From Mobula hypostoma (Eukaryota), in the NCBI RefSeq assembly GCF_963921235.1, contig NC_086097.1, forward strand, positions 95,544,001-95,608,000: a stretch of 64,000 bases of DNA, in the 5' to 3' direction. Every line of letters starts with the position of its first letter. Positions within the stretch are counted from its first letter, which is position 1. A program made the position numbers and the translations under genes. The notes under the pieces were generated by a model that was given only the letters and a program-made list of their open reading frames with translations, ran no database searches and was not told the origin of the DNA. Shown one piece after another: positions 23,296-36,169 of this stretch.

Positions 23296-24763
23296 CAGGT
23301 TTCCCCCGCCATCTGAAGGTAGAGCATTCCTGTGAAATGGTTCATAAGCTGAAATGTTGTAAAGTGAAGAAGCAATTACCATTTATTTATATGGGAAAAT
23401 TTTGTGAGCGTTCGCAGACCCAAAAATAACCTACCAAATCATGCCAAATAACACATAAAACCTAAACTAACAGTAACATATAATAAAAGCAGGAATGATA
23501 TGATAAATACACAGCCTACATAAAGTAGAAATACTTTTCCACAATCGTTACTGCACTGTTCTCTGTAGCGAAAATCTCACGCAAGCGCTGTCAGCAGAAA
23601 ATCTCACGCAAGCGCTGTTGGCAAAAACACGGCGCAAGCGCTCTCCAGTAATCTTTTAAGCTGCCAAATCATATCAAATAACACCTAAAAATACACAGCC
23701 TATATAAAGTAGAAATAATGTATGTACAGTGTAGTATCACTTACGGGAATCGGGAAGACATTGAGCACACTGATGATGGTGTGTTAGGCTGAGTCGGAGT
23801 TTGGGTGGTGCAGTGGCCCCCACCCTCCAGGCCACCGACCGATACATTGCCGTGAAGCATGCAGTGGTAGCTGGGAGGCACACAGCACATCTTTAAGAAA
23901 AAAGCAGAAACAAACATGCTAATTAATTAGGTGCCGCCCGGCACCCAATTAATTGGCTTGTTTATTTCAGCTTTTTTCTTAAAGATGTGCTGTGTGCCTC
24001 CTGGCTACCATTGCATTCTCCACGAATCGGTATCTGTCCGTGGCCTAGGGGTTGGAGTGGTGGGACACTGGGGTGTCATCTCATCGTCTGCTTCCATTAG
24101 AGCAGGCAGCTTACCTTCTCCTATGACTGCCCGCCTCAATGTCGAAGGTCGAGGTTTGTCGTCTGCTGTGGCTGATGTGGAAGGCTTGCTTGACTGCTGA
24201 GCCTCCTGCATTTTTCTATCACACAGTTCTTTGTAAGCACTCAAACCATCCTGCAAATATCCCCTAAACTGACGTATCCTTTCAAAATTAAAGTCGTACT
24301 TTATCATTACTCATTCAGTTTCGATTGTTATCCTTTTTTCTTCCAATTGCATCAGCTCTTCATCTGTCAGTTCTTGGTCATGGGATGCCAAAATCTCCGT
24401 CAGCTTCCACAAGCCAAACTCACTTTGTCCTTACTTCGTTCACCATGATCGAAATGCTTAAATATGTCTAGTTTTACGCTAAGTGTCACACCCTTACGAG
24501 CTCTTCCAGGCTTTTCCGACACCATAGAACTCATTTTGCAAACGGCTGCTCACAGGCACGTGTTTAAGCAATGCCGGCGAGAATGCAGTTCCGAATCCGG
24601 GGGAGAGCAGCTGCTTGGGGCGCGCGCTACCTTTTATCGAGCGCTGATTTTTTTATCGCACGCTGCTTTTTTTCGTAACAGTAAAAACACCTTGTGAAAG
24701 CGAAAACAGGGTACTAATGTAGGTCTTTCGTAAAGCGAACGTTCGAAAAACGGGGGACACCTG
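23296..24763 (-). mobile_element. Tigger/pogo-type DNA transposon, internally deleted
   Basis: TA-flanked TIRs CAGGTTTCCCCCG and (reverse complement) CAGGTGTCCCCCG; residual transposase C-terminus (ASHDQELTDEELMQLEE; IKYDFNFERI...YKELCD). Confidence 0.8.
23811..24070. mobile_element. hAT-type palindromic MITE inside the Tigger element
   Basis: Termini CAGTGG...CACTG and the same CACATCTTTAAGAAAA...CTAATTAA arms as the copy at 35892-36169. Confidence 0.7.
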
Positions 24764-25049
24764 TAATACAGGAGAGCAAAGGGCAGGCTTTTTGGTCTGC
24801 AATGTCTGGGCAGGCCATGACGCCAATGCAAATTAATCATGTCTATCTGTACATGGGCTACCTCCTTCAATTCCCTGCCTGTCATGCATCCATCTAAATG
24901 CCTCATAAATGTTGCTATCATACAGTGCCTGGTGAAAGTATTCATTCGGCCCGAAACCCTTTGTTGGCATAAACGAGTACTGTATTACATCCAGAGATTT
25001 TGATCAATTTAACTGAGAATTTTCATTTGTGAATCACATGCTCCTTTCT

Positions 25050-25870
25050 CAAAGGTTTCAAAGGTACATTTAATGTCAGAGAAATGTATACAATATACAT
25101 CCTGAAATTCTTTTTCTTCGCAACCATCCACAAAAACAGAGGAGTGCCCCAAAGAATGAATGACAGTTAAATGTTAGAAATGTTGAATGACAGGCAAAGC
25201 ACCCCCCAGCTCCCCCATCCCACGCATAAACAGCAGCAAAGCAACGACCTCCCCTCCGCCACCAGCAAGAAAAGCATCAGCGCCCCCCCGCCGAGCACTC
25301 GAGTGTACAGCAAAGCATCCTTAAAGACACAGACTTGCAGTACCCCAAAGACTACTCGTTCACCCAGTAATTTGACATACCACAGGCTCTCTCCCTAAAC
25401 AGGGAAAAAGAGGCGTCCCCATTTTACAACAATAGGGGAGACATAATAAACAATTTGCTGATTTACGATGTTAAAAGTCTGTTGTGTGACTTTTTCCGAG
25501 CTCTGTGCCCAAAGAACTTGGGTCTCTGGACACACAGCCAGCTCGCTGCTTTCGATCTTCTGTGTATTCCCATGACACACCAGTTTCCTGCAGAGGCACC
25601 AACCTTGAGTTCACCCATCTCCAGAGCCACAAAATCCCGGAACCCTGAAGGTGCACTAGTCTTCTAGGCCCCGACTTTGGTATATTGAATAGCGGCCAGT
25701 CAGATCCTGAGAACAAAAAACCGAAGTCAGCGTGTAACTCCAGGTCAGGGTCTTCAAAAGAACCTATAAGAGGGAAAAATAGAGATATTAAAGATAGAAA
25801 TAGAGCTGTTTCTGAAGATGCAAGCAAAGGAGTTGCTGTTAGATGCCATTGTCTCCTCCTAAGCTCACAG
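25050..25870 (-). repeat. Unclassified interspersed repeat nested in Tc1
   Basis: Interrupts the Tc1 3' region. Its left end resembles the (TTCAAAG)n-tailed ends seen near 51070, which suggests a LINE-dependent non-autonomous element. Confidence 0.4.
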
Positions 25871-25904
25871 TAGAACCCCAACAAATGGGAAAATTTGTAG
25901 AGCA

Positions 25905-27800
25905 TGAAACACTCTCTGAATGAAGACGTTTCCCTTCATGGTCCCCTTAAATGTTTCACCTTTCACCCATAACCCATGACATCTAGTTGTATTCCCACCT
26001 AAATTCAGTGGAAAAAGCCTGTTTGCATTTACCTTGTCTATGCCCCTCATAATTCTGTACATCTCTATCAAATCTCCCCTCAATCTTCTAAGTCACAAGG
26101 AATAAAGTCCTAAACCTATTCAATCTTTCATTATAATTCAGCTCCTCCAGTCCCGGCAACATCCTTGTAAATTTTCTCTGTACTCTTTCATCCTTATTTA
26201 CATCTTTCCTGTACGTAGGTGACCAAAACTGTACACAATACTCCAAATTAAACCTCAGCAAAGTCTTCACAACTTCAACATAACATCCCATCTCCTGTAC
26301 TCACTACATTGACTTATGAAGGCCAAAGTGTCAAAAGCTTTCTTTACAACCTTATTTAACTGTGACACCACTTTCAATGAATTATGGACCTGTATTCCCA
26401 GATCTCTTTGTTCAACATACTCCTTAGTGGCCTGCTGTTCACTGTATCAGACATATTCTGGTTGGTCCCACTGAAGTGTAAAACTTTGCACTTGTCTGCA
26501 TTAAATTCCATCTGCCATTTTTCAGCCCATTTCTCCAGTTGGTCCAGATCCCGCTGCAAGCCATGATAGCCTTCCTCAGTGTCCACTACACCCCCAATCT
26601 TGGTGTCATCTGCAAATTTGCTGATCCAGTTATCCATATTATCATCTAGGTCATTGATATAGATGACAATCAACAATAACAGACCCAGAACCGATCCCTG
26701 CGGCACTCCGCCAGCCAAAGCCTCTGTCCATCTACTACCACTCTCTGGTTGCTCCCACAAAGCCAATTTCTAACTCAAATTACTACCTTACCTTGAATGT
26801 CGAGCGACTGAACCTTCTTGACCAAGGTCACATGCGGGACCTTGTCAAATGCCTTGCTAAAGTCCATGTAGACAACTTCCAGTGCCTTGATTTCATCAAC
26901 TTTCCTGGTAACTCCTTCAAAAAACTGTAGAAGATTGATTGGGCACGACCTACCATGCTGACTATTCTTAATCAGTCCATGCCTATCCAAATACTTATAT
27001 ATCCAGTCCCTTAGAGTACCTTCCAATAACTTTCCTACACCTATAAATTATTGTAGATTACCATGATTGCACATTGCACATTTAGATGGAGATGTAACAA
27101 AGATGTTTACTCCTCATGTATGTGAAGGATGTAAGAAATAAAGTTAATTCATTTCATTCATTCCACCTGATGTCAGGTTCACCGGTCTATAATTTCCTGT
27201 TTTATTTTTAGAGCCTTTCTTAAACAGCAAAACATTAGCTATCCTCCAATATTCCGGTACCCCACCTATCTCTAAGGATGGTTTAAATATCTCTGCTAGG
27301 CCCCTGTACTTTCTGCACTTGCCTCCCACAGGGTCCGAGAGAACACTTTGTCAGGCCCTGGGGATTTATCCACCCTAATTTGCCTCAAGACAACAAGCAC
27401 CTTTGCCTCACTCCTATAGACTCTGTGTCCATTCCTTGAGTAAATTCAGATGTAAAAAATTGTTTAAGATTTCCCCATCTCTTTGGCTTCTCTCATGGAT
27501 TACCATTCTGATCTTCCAGAGGACCAATTCTGTCCCTTACAATCCTTTTGCTCTGAACGTATATGTAGAACTCTATAGGATTCTCCTTCACCTTGTCACC
27601 TAGAGAAACTTACGCCTTCTTTTAGCCCTCCTGATTTCTTTCTTGAGTGTTCTCTTGCATTTTTATATTCCATAAGCACCTCACTTCTTCCTGCCTGCCT
27701 ATACCAGCTATGCACCTCCTTTTTTTTACTTAACCAAGACCTCAAAATCTCTTGAAAACCAAGGTTCCCTAAACCTGTTACCTTTTATTCTGACAGGCAC
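25905..27800 (-). mobile_element. CR1 LINE ORF2 fragment nested in Tc1
   Basis: GNYRPVNLTS, VYMDFSKAFDKVPH, GVPQGSVLG, KFADDTK, EYCVQFWSP. Confidence 0.92.
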
Positions 27801-27825
27801 AATTTTCCTTGTGAAATTGCTCAAG

Positions 27826-28037
27826 CCAGCCTGTGGTGTAGTGGCATCAGTACAGGACTTCGAGGTGAATGGACCTCAGGGTTTAAATTCGGCCAGCACT
27901 TGCACACTTTCCATCCGTGCTGGGCTGAGCATTGAGCTGGCAACTCGGCCTCATAAAAAGCAGATAAACGCTAAGGAAACAGCAAAAAAATGCCGCCCAA
28001 AGCACCACAAGGCACAATAAAGGATCAACAACAACAA
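27826..28037 (+). mobile_element. tRNA-derived SINE with (CAA)n tail
   Basis: A-box-like TGGTGTAGTGG; central CACTTTCCATCCGTGCTGGG...GCAACTCGGCCTCATAAAA shared with 31638-31905. Confidence 0.65.
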
Positions 28038-28502
28038 AATTGATCAAGTTGTGTCAGGTTCGTTGGGGAGCGGCAGTGGACAACAATCTTGAGGTCTTGC
28101 CAGAGCTGTTGGATTGGGCTACTGTCAGGACTCTGACTGGGCCACTCAAACATATGAATTTTCTTTATAGGAAGACACTTCATGGTGGTTCTGGCACTGT
28201 ACTGTGGGTCATTGTACTGCCAAAATTTGAACTTCCTCCCCATTTAAGCTATCTGCCAGAGGCTAGCAGATTTTTATCCAGGATCTCTCTGTATTTGGCA
28301 TTCCCATCAATCCTGACTAGATTTCCAGTCCTTGCTGCTGAAAAGCATCCCCATGCCATGATGCTTCCTGCACCAAACTTTACAGTGGAGATGGTGTTAC
28401 CTGGCTGATGCACAGTATTAAATTTACACCACACGTACTGCTTCGTGTTGAGGCCAAAAAGTTCCAGTTTAGTCTCATCGAACCACAAGACATGCTTCCA
28501 CA

Positions 28503-29040
28503 TGTGAACCTCGGGTTCGGCCAGCTGTGTTAATCAAGGGGGGAGACAACCCCCGGCCTGGCCAAACTTGAGAAATCTTGTTACAAATCAGTACCACAAA
28601 ATAACAAACAGTACACAATGTGCAATTAAACGATTGAGCTTTATAATTCTTAATTTGACTACAGGGTTGGTAAAGAAAACAATAAAGAAAAAGGGTCCAT
28701 TTTAATGATACAGTCTAATACACACGTTGGAGCTCACGGTTTTCCCTGTCTGTTCATTCTCCATAGATTTCTCCTGGGCATCGTCGACTCATGACCCCAT
28801 TCCAAGTCTGCTCTGTCCTGCAGTCTACGACTTCTCCGTTCTGGCATCTTCTCTTTCCAACTTCTTCTGAACAAAAGCCCGCAAATCCCTCGCTCTCGGG
28901 CCCACAAGAAAGGAAACCACTCCCATCATGGGACGCCACACATTCCAAAGTCCCCATTATCTCTAGTCATAACCCAAAACACCACTGCTGCTACAGAGAA
29001 ACCATTACACTAGCAGTTAAACCTTTCTCAGGGCATTACA
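28503..29040 (-). mobile_element. Solo LTR-like element (TGTAATGCCCTG family)
   Basis: Interrupts the Tc1 transposase and ends CAGGGCATTACA like 56298-56309. Related to 55665-56309 and 62018-62640. No clean TSD found. Confidence 0.6.
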
Positions 29041-29504
29041 TGCATCTTTACAATACCTTCTAAGTTTTGCTTTGCAAAGTCTTTACAGGCAAGGACATAC
29101 TTATTTTTTAGTTATGACTTCTATCTTACCACTCTTCATAAATATCCTTTTTATGCAAGGCCTTAGAGATTGTGAAGCCATAAACTTCATCTCCAGTTGG
29201 AGCCACTGACTTCAGCAGCTCACTCGGAGTGACTGTTGGCGTCACAGAAGCCTCTCTTTTCCAAGTGCCATTCTTCTCCAGCAACTAAGTTTAGTGTGAC
29301 CTAGGCAGTGTGGATATGGTTTCACAATTTTTCCACTTTTTCACGACGGACTGCACTGAGCTCCGAGGTATGTTCAGTGCCTTTCAGATGGTCTTGTACT
29401 GTTCCCCAGATTTTAGCATTTTCCTGACTTGCCTTGAATGCTCTTCATTTTGGTTTGGTCTTTTGAAAATCTACCATAATGTTGGACCTTACAGACAAAG
29501 GGGA

Positions 29505-29727
29505 GGGAACGTCGACTCAGACCATGAGAGGCCTGCGTCGGGCATTTTCATGCCTTACAAGGCGCAGATTGGATGTCTGTGTGGGGCGCCTCTCCTCGCA
29601 CAGACACTACAGCAATGTGTGATTAAGTGCCTTGCTCAAGGACACAAACACGCTGCCACAGCTGAGGCTCGAACTAGTGACCTTCAGATCACTAGACGAA
29701 TGCCTTAACCACTTGGCGACGTGCCCA
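29505..29727 (-). mobile_element. tRNA-derived SINE with CORE-like centre
   Basis: A box TCGCCAAGTGG, B box AGTTCGAGCC, central GTGTCCTTGAGCAAGGCACTTAA; 3' tail shared with 31638-31905. Confidence 0.75.
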
Positions 29728-30654
29728 ACACAAAGGGGTATTTAATCTTATGAATTCATTGAAAACAGGTGATTCTCCAATTTTATACATTAACAAATTG
29801 GGTGAATTGGTAAAGTAACACGGTGTATTGCACCTGTGGAAAGTGAACGTAGTAATTATAAAGGGGATGAATACTTTTTCAGCTTTGCAATTTTGGTTTA
29901 AAAATTTTTAGTAAGTTGTTAACAGGTTTTGGAATTTTTCTTTTGATTTGACTTGATGCACAACGTTTTGTAGGTTAGCTCAAAAAATCTTACTTCAATA
30001 CATTCTAAATTTAGGAAATGAGACAGTAAAATGTGAAATTAGTTGTGGGGGCCAAATACTTTTTCAAGGCACTGTGTCTACAAATTAGTTAGCATGGATT
30101 AAGATCAGTTAACAGACAAAATTCAGAAAAGAGAAATAAACAGGTAATTTTAGAAAGGTGTGGCTGGTGCCATGTCACAGAGATTGATGCTGACGATCTG
30201 CACCAGTGATTGGAATGAGAGGATTAAGCTTAATTATTGTTTCATTCATCCATTCTGGAAATCTGAACTTCACAGTCAAGGTTAGAATTTATTGTGAATT
30301 CCTATTTGCCTTTGAGAAGGTGGTGATGAGCAGCTTCCCACAGTGCTGCTGGGGAGGGAATTCCATGATTTATACCCAGCAGTAACTAAAGACCAACAAT
30401 ATACGTATTTCCAAATCAGGATCCTGTGCAACTTGAAGAGGAACTTGCAGCTGGTGGTGCTCCTGTGTGTCTGCTGCTCTTCTTCTTCCAGGTGGTAAAG
30501 GTTACTGATTTGGGAGGTGTTGCTGGAGTAGTGTAGGAGATGATGTGCACTACATTTTGAACATGCAAGCACCGTGCACCTGCGATGGAGAGAACAAAGT
30601 TGCAGGTTGTTGGTAGGTGCCAAGCAAGCAAGCAACTTTATCCTAGATGATATT

Positions 30655-30790
30655 CTGTCCTGATAAATCGTCTCAGGCTGAAACATTGACTCTTGATTCC
30701 TTTCCATAGATACCACCTTACCTGCTGAGCTCCTCCAGCATTTTGTTATTACTCCAGAATTCCAGCATCTGCAGAATCTCCTCTGTGTAT
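30655..30790 (+). mobile_element. Old Penelope pLTR fragment with degenerate hammerhead
   Basis: CCTGATAAA...GAAACATTGACT...CCAGCATCTGCAGAAT. Confidence 0.6.
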
Positions 30791-31299
30791 GTGCGTTACC
30801 TTGGATGACACCAAGGTTCTTGAGAGCTGCTGGTGTTGCTTTCATCCAGGGGAGTGCAGGGTATTCGATCGTGTTACTGACCTGTGCCTTGTGGGTGGTG
30901 CTGGTGGTGCCTCAAGAAAGGATTTGTGTTAGTAGCCCCCACCCCCACCCACCCCATTTCTGTGCTTAGTCCAGTGGAAGTTCTGGTCATCACACAATAC
31001 TCAGCAATGATAATGTCATTGAAAGGAAAAGGCAGGTGATTACTCTGTCTTGTTAAAGATTGTTATTGCCTGGCACATTTGTGGCACAAATCACAGCTCA
31101 TGGATGTGACCTAGATCTTGGAACATCATTTGTTATGGTGTATAAATGGATTTGAATCCATTCCTTTCTTTGGCTGATTGGTCGAAATGTGTCTAATTTT
31201 GCTGATATACAAAGCAAGACAGTAGAGTGGCCCATGAGGATACAGGGAGACTTCAGTTAAAGCCAGCCTCAGCGAATGAGCAAGAATGTGGCAGATTAG

Positions 31300-33865
31300 G
31301 ATCAGAATCAGAATCAGGTTTAGTTACACTGGCACTATATTTTCAGGAAGTCCTCGATGCTGGGGAGCCTATTGCCCATTCTGGAGCTGGCTTTTTCCAA
31401 TCCTTTGCAGTGGCCCTACCATACCAGATAGACATAACCAGTTAGAATATCTGTAGAAATTCTTTGTAATTGCATCAATATGTTGAGCTGAGGATAGATA
31501 TTGAGAGCTGTTCAGACCCAGGAATTTAAAACTGCTCACCTTTTCCACTTCTGATCCCTTGATGAGGACTGCGTTCCCTCGACTTGCGCTTCCTGAAGCC
31601 CACAATCACTTCCTTGGTCTTACTGAAATTAATGGTGATGATGATGACGTTGACTCAGGCCAGAGAGGCCAGCGTCGGGCATTTTCATGCCTTACAAAGT
31701 GCGGATCAGAAGGCTGTGTGGGACGCCACTCCTCACACAGATATTGTGCTTGTGCAGTATTTTTCTTTATTTTATGAGGTCGAGTTGTGAGCTCAACACT
31801 CAACCCAGCATGGATGGAAAGTGTACTCGGGAGTGACCCGACTGGATTCGAACCTGGGAACCTCCGTTCCAGAGTCCGGCGCTGATGTCACTGCGCCACC
31901 AGCCAACCTGAAGTTAAGGGCATGATTATTGTTGTGACATCACTCAACCAGCTGATCCATCTCACTCCTGTATGCCTCTTTGTCACCATCTGAAATTCTG
32001 CCAACAATAGTTGTGTCATCGACAAATTTATAGATGGCATTTAAGCTGTGCCTAGCCACACGGACATGAAGTAAGAAGCGTAGAGCAGTGGGCTAAGCAT
32101 GCATCCTTGAGGTGTGCCAGTATTGATTGCCAGTGATGAAGAGATGTTATTTCTTCTGATCCGCACTGATTTTGTCTGGATGAGGAAGTCAAGGATCCAG
32201 TTGCAAAGGGAAATCAGAGACCCAGCTTTTGAAGCTTGTTGATTAATACTGAGGCTAGAATGGTGTTGAAAGCTGAGCTGTAATCATTAAAGAGCAGTCT
32301 GATGTAGGTGTTGCTGTTGTCCAGGTGATCCAAGGCCGAGTGGAGAGCCAATGAGATTGCATCCACTGTAGACTTATTGAGGCGATAGGCAAATAGCAGT
32401 AGGTCCAGGTCTCTGCTTAGGCAGGAGTTGATTCTGGCCATGAACAACCTCTCAAAGCACTACATCACAGTCGATGTGAGTGCAACTGGGTGACAGTCAC
32501 TGAGGCTGCTCACCCTGCTCTTCTTGGGCACCGGTATGATTGCCACCCTTCTGAAGCAGGTGGGAAGCTCCGACTGCAGCAGTGAGAGATTGAAGATGTC
32601 TCACAGGTTTTCAGTGCCCTACCAGGTACACTATCCGGGCCAGATGCCTTGCGAGAGTTCACCCTTATGAAAGATGATTTGATGTCGACCTCCGAGACAG
32701 AGATCACCAGATGCTGCAGGGATTTGCACAGGCATAGTTTTATTCTCCCTTTCAGAGCGTGCATAAAAGGTATTTAGCTTATCTGGGGGTGAAGCTTCAC
32801 AGCCATTCATGATGTTACGTTTTGCCTTATAGGAAGTAATGGCCTGTAAACCCAGCCAAAGCTGACGTCCATCCTATTCCATCCCTAACTTCAATCAGAA
32901 TTGTTTTTTATTTCCTAAAATAGCCTTCTGTAGGTCATACTTAGACTGGTTGTATAATTCTGGATCACTGGTCTTGAATGCCACAGAACTAGCCCTCAGC
33001 AGAATACAAAGCTCCTAGTTCATTCACGACATTTGGTTTGGATATGCTCTCAAAGGAACACACTCATCCTTACAGGTCTTGTTGAAGTCAGTGAAAACTA
33101 TGGTGTATTCATTCTGATTCAAAGATTAATCTCTAAATATTGTCCAGTACACTGACTCAAAACAATCCTGTAGGCCTTCCTCCACCTCCCTTGGTCCTCA
33201 TCACTGTTACTGCAGTCTTTAATCCCTGCCTGTATACTGGGAATAGAAGTACAGCCAGGTGATCGGACTTTACAAAGTGTGGGCGTGGGATGGCACTGTA
33301 AGCATTCTTGGTGGTGGTGTAACAGTGGTCAAAAAAGGATCCAGTGCTTTCCTGGCATATATGACGAATAAACTCTTCTTGGGCTTCCAGCCGGGAAAAG
33401 GTATTAATTATAGCCAACATTTCAATGACAAACTCTGCCATCTTCTTCAGGGATGATGCCCACTTCAGTGGTCATGTGTGTTGGCTCCTCTGGTTGCACA
33501 GGTGATATGTTGGTGGTAGTTGTTCAGAGCTGGTGTGGTTGAAATTCCCCACAATGACAGGGAAGGTATCAGGGTGCTCTGTTTTATGACTGATGATCAT
33601 GGTGCTCAGTTCCTCCTGTGCCTGCCTGACGTTGGCCAGAAGTGGACTGTGCACCACTACCAGGATGACAGCAGAAAGCTCCCTTGGAAAATAAAATGGA
33701 CGACACTTGGCTGCTAGATGTTCCAGGGCAGGTGAGTTCGACTGAGATAGAACCATCATGAATGTGCACCACAATGCGTTTATCATGAAACATACTCTGC
33801 GTCTTCTGCGAGACTTCGCTGTCCTGTCTTTGTGGAGAATAGTGAAGCCCTCAGGCTGCATCTGT
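31300..33865 (-). mobile_element. Rex1/Babar-type LINE (APE endonuclease and RT remnants)
   Basis: CRPFYFPRELSAVILV, SDHLAVLL, RKASGPDSVPGRALK, LHSALDHLD...LFNDYSSAFNT, VEKVSSFKFLG; (GATTCT)n tail near 31300. Confidence 0.85.
31638..31905 (-). mobile_element. tRNA-derived SINE with (TCA)n tail
   Basis: A box TGGCGCAGTGA, B box GGTTCGAATCC; inserted in the Rex1/Babar element. Confidence 0.78.
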
Positions 33866-34779
33866 CATCACCAATAACAAACCAAAATAACTGGGCTCAG
33901 AACACACTCTGACAACTCAACCATTCCTTTTATTTTACTTGTGCACAAGGAGAACAGCATGGCCCCTGTCACCCACACTCTTCTGAAGTCAGAACAGAAA
34001 CTGCTATTTTTATAGAGAATACACTTACAGATATTGATCATTGTAATCTGTATGTCTTTGAATTCCTTACCATCAAGATCAATCACCATTCATAATAGAG
34101 GTGTTAAAAGTCAAAAGGAACTTCAAGCAGACAGCCCACAATATATTGAAGTTAGTAAAGGCAATAGAACCTTAACTACTGGGTATGTTTCACATCCTAC
34201 TGTTATCTTTTCGGTCTCTGACACCCCTTTATTGTGTAAAGGGATGCTATGCCTCAGGAAGACCTATCTGGAGAAGTTTCTTATAGAGGCCTCACTCGTT
34301 TGGCTGGAGTACACACTGCCACAGCGTGATCTCATCTGTAGTAAGCAGAGGTGTCCCTACTGGTCTCACTTCCAAGGCCTTACTTGACTACAACTGCTCC
34401 AGGTTATCACTAGCTGACTGCAACGTCCACATTGCCCTGCGTCCGATATGGCTAGAAGTTGGAATAAATTGTGGAAAATTGTAAGGTCTCCAATCTATTT
34501 TTGCTGAGGCTCCAGCAGATTTTTTTTGATGTATATACTGTACATACTGTCTTTGTCCTTTGCTTTCATAAATTGGCTTTCTTTTTGAATTTCTTTTTTT
34601 TTGCTGTGTTCTCCCTTGCCTCTTGTTCCTTTTTTGTCACTGAACTTTTTCATTTGCTGATTTTTTTTTTGTATTCTCCCTTGCCTCTTGTTCCCTTTTT
34701 ACCCCTTTCTTTGGTGAACCTATTTCTCACTCATGTTAACAACCTCTTTTGTTCTGCACTGCCTTGTTCTCTAGGAGAA

Positions 34780-35130
34780 GCATGGGAGCAGAAGCACCTG
34801 GAGGTATGGATGCAGCTTGTTCAAAATGGAAGGGAGTTTGAGAAAATGATTAATAAGAAATACACAATTCTGGGCTTTATCAATAGACGCTGAGAGTGTA
34901 AGCACAGAAGGTCATGCTGATCCTTTATATAAGCCTGGTACATCCTCAGCCAGAGTATTGTATTTAAGTCTGGTCATTTCTTTGTAGGAAGAATCTGGAG
35001 ACACAAGGGAGAGTCCAGAGGAATTTATGAAAATGGGATAAGTGATATCAATTACAAGGACAGAGCAGTGAAACTGGGACTGTTTTGTTTAAGAAAGCTG
35101 AGAGGAGGGTTGATAGAAATATATAAAACG
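34780..35130 (+). mobile_element. Old CR1 fragment
   Basis: EQKHLEV...KKYTILGFINR, degenerate. Confidence 0.6.
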
Positions 35131-35891
35131 ATGAAGAGTGGATATTCAGAGTGGGTATTTGGGTACTATTATTGTTTGTAACAGTAAGGGATGGATCGTA
35201 ATCCAGTTTATATTTGGGACTTGAGTGGACAGGGGCAGCTACATGCCCACTGGATAAAAGATCATGGGAGTAGGAGACATTTGGTGAACAATCTGTTTCT
35301 TGTGAGCATGGACTGTTATTAAATAGGTAAAGAAAAACAAGAAAATATTTAATAGGACCTTGCCGTCATTGCTCCTGAAATCTGACGATGAATCTCTAAA
35401 TGCAGAACTTCAGGGCAGTCAAGAAAACTATAAAAGTTGTGTTTTCTTTGAAAAGCTATCTGTTCACACTTTAATCCCAGACAACAAACATTTCCCACAT
35501 GTATGATTGAGGAAGCTGGACTCACTTCCTTCTCATACACCCTCAAAAACCACACACACTTGCCATGTTAGCTTTATTTGTGGATGCCTCAAGTATATAC
35601 GAGCAAACCTATATATGAAGTAGAAATAAAATCTGGAAGGGAGGCTGGAGCAAACATGTTTACTGAAAGAAAAACTCTTCAGCATTGTACCTGTAACAAC
35701 ATTTTAAGGAACTGCTTGAATTCTGCTTTGTGACAGTATGGGTCTTGCCCAAATTCAAGCTGGTGCCCATGTCCTGACTGAACTGGTTCCTGGGGACAAG
35801 TACATATTGCTTTTGGTGCTCAGGAACAACCTGGTGGGCCCAAGATCTGCAGGCTGGATGTAGGCCAGACACTGACCTGTGTTGGTTATAA

Positions 35892-36169
35892 CAGTGGTCC
35901 CCAACCTCCGGGCTGTGGACCAATACCGGGCTGCGAAGCATGCAGGGGTGCAGTGGTAGCCACGATGCACCCAGCACATCTTTAAGAAAAAGCCGAAATA
36001 AACAAGCTAATTAACTAGGTGCCGCCCAGCACATGAACATCGGCCCAGATCAGAGGCACCTAATTAATTAGCCTGTTTATTTCGGCTTTTTGCTTAACGA
36101 TGTGCTGGGTGCGTCCTGGCTACCACTGCACCCCTGCATGCTTCACGGCCTGGAGGTTGGGGACCACTG
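35892..36169. mobile_element. hAT-superfamily MITE
   Basis: TIR CAGTGGTCCCCAACCTCC, perfect 8-bp TSD GGTTATAA (35884-35891, 36170-36177), near-full-length palindrome. Confidence 0.9.

Larger units (their letters stand above)
24923..30074 (-). mobile_element. Tc1 transposon (degenerate) with nested insertions
   Basis: TIRs TA-CAGTGCCTGGTGAAAGTATT and AATACTTTTTCAAGGCACTG. Transposase motifs [30 protein letters not shown] and WPSQSPD at 28040-28503; N-terminal part at about 29050-29480. Confidence 0.88.

Noticed and set aside
24948..24960. GGCCCGAAAC resembling a hammerhead 3' half
   Set aside because: It lies in the Tc1 terminal repeat and has no upstream CUGANGA core.
29660..31905. tRNA genes suggested by A/B boxes near 29700 and 31870
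   Set aside because: No full cloverleaf or acceptor stem; they continue into SINE bodies and tails.
34746..34810. Apparent plus-strand micro-exon (ctctag|GAGAAGCATGGG...GAG|gtatgg) after a long pyrimidine tract
   Set aside because: The sequence continues as a decayed CR1 ORF2 (EQKHLEV...ILGFINR). Exonisation is possible but unsupported.
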